DNA from: an uncultured virus (IMG/VR IMGVR_UViG_3300025151_000021)
Taxonomy: Duplodnaviria > Heunggongvirae > Uroviricota > Caudoviricetes
Length of the DNA: 64,000 nt
Strand: one strand, 5' to 3'
Virus record (IMG/VR): IMGVR_UViG_3300025151_000021
Positions 1 through 9,431 of this stretch are shown in pieces. Each line of letters opens with the position of its first letter. The first letter of the stretch is position 1. Position numbers and translations under genes: made by a program. Below the pieces are notes generated by a model that did no database searches, was not told the origin of the DNA, and worked only from the letters and a program-made list of their open reading frames with translations.

Positions 1-11
1 AAGGTGATTAA

Positions 12-296
12 ATGAAACAGTGGCTGATTAGAAAGTTGATTGCCTTCATGGGTAACACATATGTTTGGTTGGACAAGAAGTTGGTTCATCCTGATGGGCC
101 AGTTCTCGGTTTGGAGATAGATGATGACTTTGCAGGTATGAGTAGGTATGAGTTGTGTTGTCACATAGAGGATAAGTTCGGATTAGAGCGAGACTCTTTT
201 TGGAAGTTGGAGTCAACTCAGAAGATTCGCTACTGTTGCCAAACTGCTAGGAACATTCTAACTCCCAAGAAAGGTAGAAAGAAGAAATCTTCATAG
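12..296 (+). CDS. Hypothetical protein
   Basis: 94-aa ORF preceded by GGTGA RBS; no motif recognised. Confidence 0.6.
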   Translation: MKQWLIRKLIAFMGNTYVWLDKKLVHPDGPVLGLEIDDDFAGMSRYELCCHIEDKFGLERDSFWKLESTQKIRYCCQTARNILTPKKGRKKKSS

Positions 297-319
297 AACG
301 ACACTATCTCGGACGTAGC

Positions 320-847
320 ATGTCGTGGTTCACATTATTGAAGAATGACCGAATGAAAGAACAAATCAATAACATCAAAGAACTCATTGCAGATTTTAAC
401 TCCGAAGTATTAGACATGGAAGATAAGTTAGAAATAATGCTTGAAGAAATCTACACTCAAGTAGAAAATCTAGAAGACAGGGACGCTACTGAAGAAGCAA
501 AACAGTTGACTAGAACTGATATAGGTCGATTCTTCTTGGATGCGGATTTCAACGAATTGATTGAGTTGATGGAAGTTGCCTACGAAGAAAGCATGGAAGA
601 TGAAGACGAGGAAGACGTTGAACCAGCACGAATGCCTAATGAAAAGGTAGAGGAGATTCTCAATAATGCCGAAGACTTGCTTCCTGAGATAGAGAAGGAA
701 GGTGGGAAGTTCTTGGCTCGGCAGGTAGAAGAGATGGTATCTATAGCAAGGAAAAAACCAGAGAGAGCAAGGTCTCTTGCGAGAGCATTAGCAATGCAAA
801 TCAAAACTGTAAATGAAATTAAAGGTACTAACTTGAAGGTGGATTAA
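320..847 (+). CDS. Acidic helical protein with SW-leader (MSWFTLLK); putative internal head protein
   Basis: Shared N-terminal motif; E/D-rich, coiled-coil-like body. Confidence 0.7.
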   Translation: MSWFTLLKNDRMKEQINNIKELIADFNSEVLDMEDKLEIMLEEIYTQVENLEDRDATEEAKQLTRTDIGRFFLDADFNELIELMEVAYEESMEDEDEEDVEPARMPNEKVEEILNNAEDLLPEIEKEGGKFLARQVEEMVSIARKKPERARSLARALAMQIKTVNEIKGTNLKVD

Positions 848-848
848 G

Positions 849-1058
849 GTGAGTTGGAAAGACATTCTAAAGGAAGATTCTCTTGAGTCAAAGATTCTAA
901 GAGAGATTGAGAAAGAAGGTGGTGCTTTAGGTATGAAGAACTTGAAGCAGTTTGCTGATGAAGATAAATTGAAAGAAGTTCTATCTAGCATGGAAAAAGA
1001 AGGTAAGATATTCATGCACAAGGATGGAGACATCTACACACATGAGCCAAAGAAGTGA
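849..1058 (+). CDS. Small winged-helix-like protein with SW-leader (MSWKDILK)
   Basis: GTG start; ILREIEKEGG..LKEVLSSMEKEGKIFMHKDGDIY pattern resembles a wHTH. Confidence 0.6.
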   Translation: MSWKDILKEDSLESKILREIEKEGGALGMKNLKQFADEDKLKEVLSSMEKEGKIFMHKDGDIYTHEPKK

Positions 1059-1063
1059 TTAAG

Positions 1064-1519
1064 ATGAGTTGGCAAGATATAGTGAAGAAGAATCCCTTTC
1101 CTAAAGAAACCGAAGGTAATTACAGAGGAAAAGAACCCGCTACTGCCGAAGGCAGATACGGAACTAAAGTCACACCTAAAGACATAGAAAGAGAAATGGA
1201 AGAAAGAAGAAAAGAAGATGAAGATTTAAGGAGACTTCTAGAAGAACAAGATGTTGTCAAAAGGGTTGGGCCTACTAGGGTAAGAATGTTCTATAATGCG
1301 AAGAGAAGACAATCTAGCACTAATGAACATCTTAAGAGAATTGAAAGGAAACTCGATGAGTTGTATAAGGAACTAGAGGTGTTAGATGGTAAGGATGTTG
1401 CTGATATTTCTGATGAAAGTTTAACAGAGGAAATGTTAGAGAAACTTAACCTTCTAGGTTATGCTGAACTTGAATTACAGTCGATATCTAATGCTTTGGA
1501 GTTAGGTAAAACCTCTTGA
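1064..1519 (+). CDS. Hypothetical protein with SW-leader (MSWQDIVK)
   Basis: Start moved to ATG 1064, after GTGA and at the motif. Confidence 0.65.
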   Translation: MSWQDIVKKNPFPKETEGNYRGKEPATAEGRYGTKVTPKDIEREMEERRKEDEDLRRLLEEQDVVKRVGPTRVRMFYNAKRRQSSTNEHLKRIERKLDELYKELEVLDGKDVADISDESLTEEMLEKLNLLGYAELELQSISNALELGKTS

Positions 1520-1567
1520 GTTTTTGGAAATGTCTTTAGTCCACAGTATATTCAGGAGGTTCAGGTT

Positions 1568-1753
1568 GTGTCATCAGAATCGGAATCTTCTTGGTTTAAT
1601 TTACTGCGAATGGCTGGCGCAGTTACCACAACTTCCAGCCCTGCGTTATTCAATGTAAGTTACGGGGGAGGAAAGAAACATGGCAAAAAAACCCGTAAGA
1701 AAAGGCGCAAGGATGACGATTCGACTCAAAAACGGAGGCCGTTTAAGGTCTAG
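1568..1753 (+). CDS. Small basic protein with near-N-terminal SWFNLLR motif
   Basis: GGAGG upstream; K/R-rich tail; overlaps next ORF by 74 nt. Confidence 0.5.
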   Translation: MSSESESSWFNLLRMAGAVTTTSSPALFNVSYGGGKKHGKKTRKKRRKDDDSTQKRRPFKV

Positions 1754-2795
1754 AAAAACTATCACTCTTTTTGAAGATAAGTTCAAGAAGTGGGAAACTG
1801 CTGCTGCTGGTACAAGTCTACCTATGAAGAGTGGCAAGGAGAATGTCCTTGACTGGATAAACGATATGGGTAGGATTGGTAGAAGTAAACCAGATGAACC
1901 CAAGCAAAAGAAAAAGGCTCCTATTCCTAAATATCTCACACTAGCGAGGGCTGTTGGAAAGGAGGAGCCTGTCTCTGAGGAAGAGGCGACTGCCATTGAG
2001 AAACTTAGAGATTATCTAAAGAGCAACGCAAAAAATAAGAGTAGCAAAATCAACCCTGCTAATATCCCATTCAACACCATCATAGACACAGAGACAGAGG
2101 GCGGTGAGATAACACCCACTGCATTCACTACCTACTATGGTGATTACAGAAGTCCTGAGTATGTCGCTTATAGGAATCAGAAGTTCAATGAAAACTTGGA
2201 AGATGTACCTGATTACTGGTACAATACTAGTCCGGGGGAAGCAAGACCCCCTGTTTGGCAAGCGTTATTCGCTGAGAATGAGGGTGATAGACCTGACTTC
2301 AATAATCCTAGTCTCCTAGAGATTTGTGACGAGGCACAAACAGAGATAGAGGACGAGGTTTTTGACACCGACCCGGAGAACCCATTGCTATTTCAGCGAC
2401 AAGGTAGTGCAAAGTGGCTCATGGATAACATCGCTCCTTTCAGGGAGTGGGTTGAAGAGACGGTTGCGAATACTAATGAGTACAAATCAAAAACTGGCAA
2501 CTACAGAAGTGAGAGAGCGCAGAACAAACTACCACTTGAGGAGTTCAAGTTGTCTGATAGTGAGGCCGAAGCCATACTATCGTACATGGATGAAGGAATA
2601 AAGGTGGATTTGGAGAAGGTGTACATCAGAGTTCCAAAGAGACAGTTGGGCTATGCAGCAACCCTTGCTTCCAACTATGACGAAAATTACAAGAAGGTAG
2701 AGAAATCTATTGTTTCTAGAAAGGTAATTAGAAAATCACAAGAGAAATCCCCTGTTTCTCTAAGTTGGAGGGAAATCATAAAGGTGAGAAGATGA
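1680..2795 (+). CDS. Hypothetical protein with C-terminal SWREIIK motif
   Basis: 371-aa ORF ending ...VEKS..IRKS.EKS..SLSWREIIKVRR. Confidence 0.7.
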   Translation: MAKKPVRKGARMTIRLKNGGRLRSRKTITLFEDKFKKWETAAAGTSLPMKSGKENVLDWINDMGRIGRSKPDEPKQKKKAPIPKYLTLARAVGKEEPVSEEEATAIEKLRDYLKSNAKNKSSKINPANIPFNTIIDTETEGGEITPTAFTTYYGDYRSPEYVAYRNQKFNENLEDVPDYWYNTSPGEARPPVWQALFAENEGDRPDFNNPSLLEICDEAQTEIEDEVFDTDPENPLLFQRQGSAKWLMDNIAPFREWVEETVANTNEYKSKTGNYRSERAQNKLPLEEFKLSDSEAEAILSYMDEGIKVDLEKVYIRVPKRQLGYAATLASNYDENYKKVEKSIVSRKVIRKSQEKSPVSLSWREIIKVRR

Positions 2796-2884
2796 GATGC
2801 AGAGGAATTATGAAAGTAGATTCAGAAAACATGGCAGTTGGCAGTTGTTGCCCATACTGTTTCAGATATTGTTGGAGTGAGTAA
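2792..2884 (+). CDS. Possible 30-aa Cys-rich microprotein (MRCRGIMKVDSENMAVGSCCPYCFRYCWSE)
   Basis: Fills the gap exactly, with ATGA overlap and GGTGA RBS; too short for the ORF track. Confidence 0.4.
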   Translation: MRCRGIMKVDSENMAVGSCCPYCFRYCWSE

Positions 2885-2885
2885 G

Positions 2886-3071
2886 ATGAGTTGGAAAGAT
2901 ATTTTGAAAGAAGAGATGACCGAGGAAGAGAGAAAGAAGTACATGAAGAGACTAGCAGAGTTGCAGCGATTGGAGGAAAACATGAAGCGAGACGTAGAAG
3001 GAACTGCTGAAGCATTCAAAGAAGGAGAATCTCTTGAGCAGTATAAGAAAAGAATGGGATATAACTTCTAG
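2886..3071 (+). CDS. Small protein with SW-leader (MSWKDILK)
   Basis: ATG 2886 begins the shared motif. Confidence 0.7.
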   Translation: MSWKDILKEEMTEEERKKYMKRLAELQRLEENMKRDVEGTAEAFKEGESLEQYKKRMGYNF

Positions 3072-3080
3072 GTGAGTAAG

Positions 3081-3488
3081 ATGGGTTGGGAAAATATATT
3101 GAAAAGAACCAAACTATCTGTGATTGTTGGATTTGAAAGAGATAAGTTTGCTGAAACCAAATCGAAAGAACGACCCAATACAGCATCGGAAATGAATAAA
3201 CATAAATTGTTCATGCAAGGAAAACAAATTAATCAACTCATAAAAAATAGAAAAAGACCAGTTTCACTTGATGTTTTATTCAATGACCCTAATGAGATTA
3301 CTGACGAAGAAGGAGATGTTTGGTATTGGCCGGGGTTTTTGGTTAAAGAGAAAGCATTCTTTGACGAAGAAAAACCCAACCTTGAACTAAACCAAATCAA
3401 TAAGAGGTGGCTGGATAAACTACTTTCAGATATTAAAAACTTGGATTTAGAAGGCACTAAGATAATATCAGAGATTGGAGAATATTAA
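3081..3488 (+). CDS. Hypothetical protein with leader variant (MGWENILK)
   Basis: ATG 3081 after GGTGA; looks more AT-rich than its neighbours. Confidence 0.65.
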   Translation: MGWENILKRTKLSVIVGFERDKFAETKSKERPNTASEMNKHKLFMQGKQINQLIKNRKRPVSLDVLFNDPNEITDEEGDVWYWPGFLVKEKAFFDEEKPNLELNQINKRWLDKLLSDIKNLDLEGTKIISEIGEY

Positions 3489-3489
3489 G

Positions 3490-4146
3490 ATGATTACGAG
3501 AAAGCGTTGTCCTCTCTGTATGCATGAGGATAGGAGTCAACTTGAGGCTGATTTGGAAGCCATGAGTTACTCGGCAGACGCTTTAGACCAACAGATGAAC
3601 TGGAAGAGTGGAACTACCTCACGACATCAGAGGAATCACATGGGAGCGTATGTGGAATCTGCTAACCCAAGTTGCAAGATGTGTACGCACCCTATGAGAG
3701 CGGAGTTGGAGGAGCAGATTCACAGTGGGGAGATGAGTCCATTGACTGCTTCAAGAATAGTAGAATGCACAGAGGACCAAGTTGTTCGTCATGTAGATAA
3801 ACATCTTAAGCCAGTTGTGCAGAAGTCTGCTGCAAATATGATTGCTAAGAAGGAGATTGATGAGATTGAGACTCTTAGTGTTAACGTGCAAAGATTGGAG
3901 CAGAAGATTGACAGTTTGTTTGCAGAGGATTCCACTGACCCGAAGTACATTGACTCGTTGACCAAGTTAGCGAAAGAGGTTCGTGAGTCTCTGAAGTATT
4001 TGCTAGAGTTCAAGGGCAAACTGGTGCATAAGAGGCAAGACACTATCATCGTTCATCAGATGCAAGTCATCAAGGAGGTTCTAGCGCAGAATCATCCTGA
4101 TGTTTGGTTGGATGTCAGAAGTAAGATGGAGGAGAAATTACAATGA
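3490..4146 (+). CDS. Tandem CxxCxH zinc-finger/HTH protein; candidate terminase small subunit
   Basis: CPLCMH..RHQRNH and CKMCTH..RHVDKH repeats followed by a coiled coil; upstream of TerL. Function inferred. Confidence 0.55.
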   Translation: MITRKRCPLCMHEDRSQLEADLEAMSYSADALDQQMNWKSGTTSRHQRNHMGAYVESANPSCKMCTHPMRAELEEQIHSGEMSPLTASRIVECTEDQVVRHVDKHLKPVVQKSAANMIAKKEIDEIETLSVNVQRLEQKIDSLFAEDSTDPKYIDSLTKLAKEVRESLKYLLEFKGKLVHKRQDTIIVHQMQVIKEVLAQNHPDVWLDVRSKMEEKLQ

Positions 4147-4292
4147 GTTGGTTTGATATCATTAAAAGAACTGGTAAATCAAAAGGGACTGGTTTACGAG
4201 GTAGAGGATACAAGCCTCCTAAAGATTCAACTTCAAGAAGGAAGGAAGATGAGAAGGAGATTTTAGAACCTGAGTTGGAGGAGTTACAATGA
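4143..4292 (+). CDS. 49-aa protein with SW-leader (MSWFDIIK), absent from the ORF track
   Basis: ATGA overlaps at both ends; MSWFDIIKRTGKSKGTGLRGRGYKPPKDSTSRRKEDEKEILEPELEELQ. Confidence 0.7.
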   Translation: MSWFDIIKRTGKSKGTGLRGRGYKPPKDSTSRRKEDEKEILEPELEELQ

Positions 4293-4738
4293 GTTGGAAA
4301 GATACACTGAATAAATCAGACATTAGAAAGTCTGAGCAGATAAGGTGGGAGATGGACCGAAGAGATGTTTCTGTATTTCTGAAGAATGCTCCTGATGAAA
4401 AAACAATTGGGGATGTTGGTGAGACAGTTGGTAGATGCATCGTAGAAGGTGCGTTTCAGGCTGACATCAGAACTTGGGGAGTGAAGGGCGTTGGCTCTTA
4501 CGCCACTAGCGTTGAGTTAGACTTTGAATACATAGTCTATGAAAATGAAACTGGTGATGAAGAGGAGATTGTTCCATACGAGATAGAGTTTGATGCTGAT
4601 AAGTTGAGCAATAATATGCCAACTTCTGAATCAGCATTGAATCCCTCTGATGTCACAATCTACATTGACATGAAGAATCAGAGAGACAAGGAGCAGTTCG
4701 AGATTAGTGGAGACTTTGAGTGGCAGGGTTCGTATTAG
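4289..4738 (+). CDS. Acidic protein with SW-leader (MSWKDTLNK)
   Basis: Shared motif followed by SDIRKS. Confidence 0.7.
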   Translation: MSWKDTLNKSDIRKSEQIRWEMDRRDVSVFLKNAPDEKTIGDVGETVGRCIVEGAFQADIRTWGVKGVGSYATSVELDFEYIVYENETGDEEEIVPYEIEFDADKLSNNMPTSESALNPSDVTIYIDMKNQRDKEQFEISGDFEWQGSY

Positions 4739-4746
4739 GTGATGTA

Positions 4747-6450
4747 ATGACATGGTTCAATATCCTCAAGGAACAGGAAGTGAAGCCTGAACCTGTAAGG
4801 GCTGTTGCTCCTAAGACGATAAAGAAACAGGAGTTAGATATTCTTCAGTTCAAGATGGGAACTGACAGGTACAAGATTCTAGATGCAACAGAATCAGAGG
4901 AGAGTCTCGATAAACTGGTTGCTGAGAACAGCGTGGATGGAGTAGTCAAGCCTCGCTTCCAACAGGAAATCGAGTTTGTCAAGAGGTATCTGAGAAACGA
5001 TACAATCACCCAACGTGGAAAGGAGTATAAGACTCTGAGAGAAACGCTGACTCCTACTGAGTCTGATAAGATGGCAGACATGCTTGATAAGTTTCAGGCA
5101 AAAAGAGCCAGTAAAGGAAATGTTCGTGGGGAACAAAATGCTAACTTCAAGCAACTGATAGATAAAGAGGACTTTGACAGTCTTATGGAGTTACTAGAAA
5201 AACCTATGGTTTTGAGTAGATTCAGAACCTTCATCTCTAACAGTGAGAACAAGGAACTCAGAGACAAGGTTATGCAGAGCAACAACGAGCAACTTGTGAT
5301 GCTCTTGTCAGAGGGAGAGGATGCGTTTCCATCAATAGACTATACTGCGTCAATCTCAGGGAATCAGATAGAGAAGTACCTGAGATACATCATCATAGAG
5401 ATAAATGACAGGAGAAAGATTGAGTTCATAGACTTGGAGAAAGCCAAGAGGTCAGGTAAGGCAATGCAGGTTCTGTTTGGAACCAATAGAATGTACCCTG
5501 CTTTCGAGTTCATCTTGGAGAACAAGTCATTCGATACATCAGATATGCTGGCGACTCAAATGACTACTGCCAGTTCAGTTGTGAGCAGGACAGTTGCGAA
5601 CAAGAAATTGATTGATGCCCTGAAGAGAGGGGAAGTAAGAGGAAGGTTGCAAGAGATGTATAGTTCAAGACTTCCCATTGAAGAAGATGAAAATAGGAGT
5701 GAGAAAGAAGCAGTCGAAAATCAAAAAATAAATGATAAATTTAAACAGGCTAGGGAGAAAGGTGACAAGTCGGTTCTAGATGCCCTGAATGAAGAGGCTC
5801 CTACTGAGGTCAAGGAATTCAAGAACTCACTCATAGAGACAGAGTACACTATGCTACTTAGTGACATAGAGGATGATGATGTGGAAGAGGTCAACGAGCA
5901 GTTGGGAACTCAATACGACAATGATGGTTTCGAGAAAGTCAAGGGCAAACTAATCGAAGCAGTGAGAGAACTCATTGCAGGTAATGAGAATAGGGCGGAT
6001 GAGAAGTTCAAGGAGTTGAGTGTCAAGGGACCATCACTCAGTAGGTCGCATCCCTTTGATGATGAGAACTTCACAAGGGAGTACCTTCTAGGTGGTGGCT
6101 TCGGTGCTTCGACATCCTCACCTGCTGATATCGTAAAGATTCTACAGAGGCTTTCGACGCTATTCGCTAGTGGGGCTTTGAAGAAGAGCGAGATAAGAAA
6201 ATACTTCACGGACTTGGAGAATGCAGAGGATGAGGAATCAAAGTTGGAAGTCAAAGACAAATTTCTAGATGAAGTCAGAGATGACTACGAGAATGCAAGA
6301 GGACAGTTCCTTGAAGCCGTTGAGGACAATATGCGGAGAGTTCTGAAGGAAGGCACTAAGTTGGGTATCACTGTTAGGAGACAAGGCAGGGACTATGACT
6401 TTCGTGAGCCTTACATGTTTCTCAGAAAGTTATTGAGTATTAAGGGGTGA
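4747..6450 (+). CDS. Large hypothetical protein with leader (MTWFNILK); putative internal virion protein
   Basis: ATG 4747 after GGTGA RBS begins the motif. Confidence 0.75.
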   Translation: MTWFNILKEQEVKPEPVRAVAPKTIKKQELDILQFKMGTDRYKILDATESEESLDKLVAENSVDGVVKPRFQQEIEFVKRYLRNDTITQRGKEYKTLRETLTPTESDKMADMLDKFQAKRASKGNVRGEQNANFKQLIDKEDFDSLMELLEKPMVLSRFRTFISNSENKELRDKVMQSNNEQLVMLLSEGEDAFPSIDYTASISGNQIEKYLRYIIIEINDRRKIEFIDLEKAKRSGKAMQVLFGTNRMYPAFEFILENKSFDTSDMLATQMTTASSVVSRTVANKKLIDALKRGEVRGRLQEMYSSRLPIEEDENRSEKEAVENQKINDKFKQAREKGDKSVLDALNEEAPTEVKEFKNSLIETEYTMLLSDIEDDDVEEVNEQLGTQYDNDGFEKVKGKLIEAVRELIAGNENRADEKFKELSVKGPSLSRSHPFDDENFTREYLLGGGFGASTSSPADIVKILQRLSTLFASGALKKSEIRKYFTDLENAEDEESKLEVKDKFLDEVRDDYENARGQFLEAVEDNMRRVLKEGTKLGITVRRQGRDYDFREPYMFLRKLLSIKG

Positions 6451-6454
6451 TTAT

Positions 6455-8941
6455 GTGGAAGAAGAGTTTTCAGTTTTTATGAATGAAGGAACAAGCGGTC
6501 TTGCAGACTTCTTGAAGGAGAAAGGCACTAAAGCAAATCCTAAGTTGGCTGCAAGGAACATCAAGAATGCCTTTGACAAGAAACTTCTCTTTCCCTTCTT
6601 AGTTGCTAACGAGGTCGGACCACCAATCGGTTTTGGTGAGGATACGATTAACTCACCTATCTTTGTCAAGCAGGGAGGGGAGATAGAACTGCAACCTTAT
6701 CTGGTAAACATAGTTGAACCAAGTAAGAGGTCAAAGAGCATTATTGACAGGATATCTGCGAAGTACAGAGGTTTCAAGAGTCTGAAAATGAGACAGCAAA
6801 TGATTGCAGATGTATTGGATAAGGTTGACTTGAAACTCACCGCTACAGGTGAGAAGAGACTGACTAGCGATGTGAATCTAGAGGACAGGAAGTTACTAGA
6901 CAGCGCATTAGGACTTTTCGTAGATAAGAGAAAGGATGCTCCTGTGACATCCAGCGTACTAACATCCCCACTAGATGACAACGATGTTGTGTTAGTCGTC
7001 GCTGAACACCCCGAAGAAAAGAGGAGGTCTGCGTTGAAGAGACTAGAGGAACAACCAAAGGATATCAGAGACATTCTTAGCATATACATCAACAAACTCA
7101 AGGGGTCATTAGGAGAGAAAGTATCGATAGATAGATTGGATGCTGATATAGATATCTTCTCAGAGTTGATTGGTAAGGGAGACTTGAGACTCACGAAGAA
7201 TCGTAGAAAGATATACGACTATTGGGAGAAGATAGAAGGTAAGTATGCTGCTTTCTCAGATGCACACAAAGCCTTCGCAAGAGGACTAGATGGCTCAGAG
7301 TTGAAGGACACAGAAGACAAGGAGTTGAGTCAATATATTGAGAACTTCCTAAAGTTGAAAGATTCAGACTTAAGATACGTCTATGAGTATCCTGCTGTAG
7401 ATAGCAGTTCCTTGGAAACCAAAGGACCGCAGTTGATGGATATCTTCTTGGAGGAAATAGGTATGGCTCCTAAAGATAAGACACAACAACTTCCTTCAAA
7501 GAACATCGGTCCTGCTGCTGCACCTAAGAGAGATGACAAAACCGGAACCTTTTCTTTCCAAGCAGAGATGGATGAACAAGAGACAGTTGTAGACCCAATA
7601 CCAAGACTCGTTGAAGTATTCAATGATATTATTCCAGTAAAGGTTGACCCATTGTACGCATATGCCTACGATAGTGGAAAGGCAGGATTCAAGATATCTC
7701 CCGCAGCAGAGAAGGAAATGAGGAAGGTCATCAACCGACAAAGAAAGACGGCAATCAGATTTGGGTTAAGCGAGAATACACTGAGAAGACTTCAGAATTA
7801 CGCAGATGATATTGAAATGAGGTCTTACATACAAGAAAGAGACTTCTTCCTACCATATCAAGAGGGATTGGCATTGGACTTACCAGAAGGCGCAAAGGAC
7901 AATAGCACTAACATTAGAGAATACCTCAAGACAATCTCGCAGTTTATCTCAGCAGGTGAGGACCTAGAGCAACCTACAGGAAAAGGAAGAGGACAACTAG
8001 GAGGAACAGCACCATTCGAGGGAACGTTCCGAAGTAGCCTACCGGCACTACAAGGGGAAATGGTTGGTGACAAATCGCTAGGTGATTTGTACGAGACTCT
8101 TCTCTCTGCAATCACAGAGTATTTCATAGAGCCTTCTACTTCTACGAACAGACCACTCAGCAGGAAGTTTGAGTGGATGGAGACCAAGACTCTGAGGGTT
8201 CTATCGAAAGACAGGATGAGAGGTAATGCATTCGTGACAGTTTTAGGACTGAAGAAGACTTCAGGGACAATACTCAGAAAGAGCGTATTGACAGATATCA
8301 TCGCCCTATTGAAGAAAATAGCAAAGCCAACGAACAGAGAGAATGTTGATGACTTCATGAGAGACATCGAGAATGTAGGCTCTAGGGTTGACAAGGTGTT
8401 CAAGAGAAACGACTCAGAGGCGGTTAGCATAGAGTTCGGCAATCTAGCATACAGGGTATTAGATAGAAACGGATTGAACACGAATCGCAGGTTCGGTATT
8501 GGAACTGCTAAGAAACCACTTGAAGAATGGGCTGATATGTATGACACAAGTAGAATCTACCCATTTGCAGCATTGTACCAGCATCTAGTGATGTCACAAG
8601 GAAACTATGCAGAAGCCGATATGGGTGAGGAGGTCAGGGAGATAATCAACCTTGAGAGGAAGATGGATATCGTCAAGTCAGAAACTGAATCAAATCTCCT
8701 ACATGCTCATGACGCTATTCGCAAGATGATGAAAAAGCCAGTCTACTACGGACTCAGCAAAGTTGATGATTACGATGACATGCAGAGTACGATAGATATA
8801 ATGAAGTCAAAGTTCAACACTGATGTAACCGCCTTGGAGATAGAGAGCATCGTTAGTGAATTAGATTCCATGACCTCTTTGAGCAAGAAATACGGGATAT
8901 CAACAGAGGGGGTCTATTTCCTCAAAGCAATACACAGGTGA
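6455..8941 (+). CDS. Large hypothetical protein (828 aa)
   Basis: Long ORF with GGGGTGA RBS; no recognised domain; internal DIVKS before a short C-terminal domain. Confidence 0.75.
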   Translation: MEEEFSVFMNEGTSGLADFLKEKGTKANPKLAARNIKNAFDKKLLFPFLVANEVGPPIGFGEDTINSPIFVKQGGEIELQPYLVNIVEPSKRSKSIIDRISAKYRGFKSLKMRQQMIADVLDKVDLKLTATGEKRLTSDVNLEDRKLLDSALGLFVDKRKDAPVTSSVLTSPLDDNDVVLVVAEHPEEKRRSALKRLEEQPKDIRDILSIYINKLKGSLGEKVSIDRLDADIDIFSELIGKGDLRLTKNRRKIYDYWEKIEGKYAAFSDAHKAFARGLDGSELKDTEDKELSQYIENFLKLKDSDLRYVYEYPAVDSSSLETKGPQLMDIFLEEIGMAPKDKTQQLPSKNIGPAAAPKRDDKTGTFSFQAEMDEQETVVDPIPRLVEVFNDIIPVKVDPLYAYAYDSGKAGFKISPAAEKEMRKVINRQRKTAIRFGLSENTLRRLQNYADDIEMRSYIQERDFFLPYQEGLALDLPEGAKDNSTNIREYLKTISQFISAGEDLEQPTGKGRGQLGGTAPFEGTFRSSLPALQGEMVGDKSLGDLYETLLSAITEYFIEPSTSTNRPLSRKFEWMETKTLRVLSKDRMRGNAFVTVLGLKKTSGTILRKSVLTDIIALLKKIAKPTNRENVDDFMRDIENVGSRVDKVFKRNDSEAVSIEFGNLAYRVLDRNGLNTNRRFGIGTAKKPLEEWADMYDTSRIYPFAALYQHLVMSQGNYAEADMGEEVREIINLERKMDIVKSETESNLLHAHDAIRKMMKKPVYYGLSKVDDYDDMQSTIDIMKSKFNTDVTALEIESIVSELDSMTSLSKKYGISTEGVYFLKAIHR

Positions 8942-8945
8942 GGAA

Positions 8946-9431
8946 ATGGCAGATATAGAGATAAAAGAGGTATCTCAAGAAGATGCTATCTTTATGTGGA
9001 ACAGAGATAATCCAAATGACCCATTCTCAAGAAGCGCACCCTCTTGGTATGACATACAGAACTGGTTAGTCAGAACCAACGATGGCGAGGTTGTTGGAAT
9101 CGCTGGCTACACAGATATGGGAGACTATGCTATCCTTGGTGGTATGAAGGCTAGAGGAAAGGACCAACCGAAAGGTGGGGGGAACTGGAAGGCAATGTTA
9201 ACCTACAGAAAGGGTAAACTTGGCAACAAGCCGAAGATAGCAGGGTTTCGTGCAACGAAGATGCCACAGGACAAGTGGACTGCTATGAATGAGAAAGCAG
9301 GATACCAGCGTGAGGATATGATGGGTATTCCTGAAGAACTGGTAGACAAGTTTCGTCAGCGTTATGGAGATGATTGGGGCATAATGAAGAACACATCATG
9401 GTTCTTCCCATTGATGAGGGGGTTAATCTAA
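8946..9431 (+). CDS. GNAT-fold acetyltransferase-like protein
   Basis: WLVRTNDGEVVGIAGY...AILGGM..R...PKGGG pattern resembles GNAT beta-strands and the acetyl-CoA loop. Confidence 0.45.
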   Translation: MADIEIKEVSQEDAIFMWNRDNPNDPFSRSAPSWYDIQNWLVRTNDGEVVGIAGYTDMGDYAILGGMKARGKDQPKGGGNWKAMLTYRKGKLGNKPKIAGFRATKMPQDKWTAMNEKAGYQREDMMGIPEELVDKFRQRYGDDWGIMKNTSWFFPLMRGLI

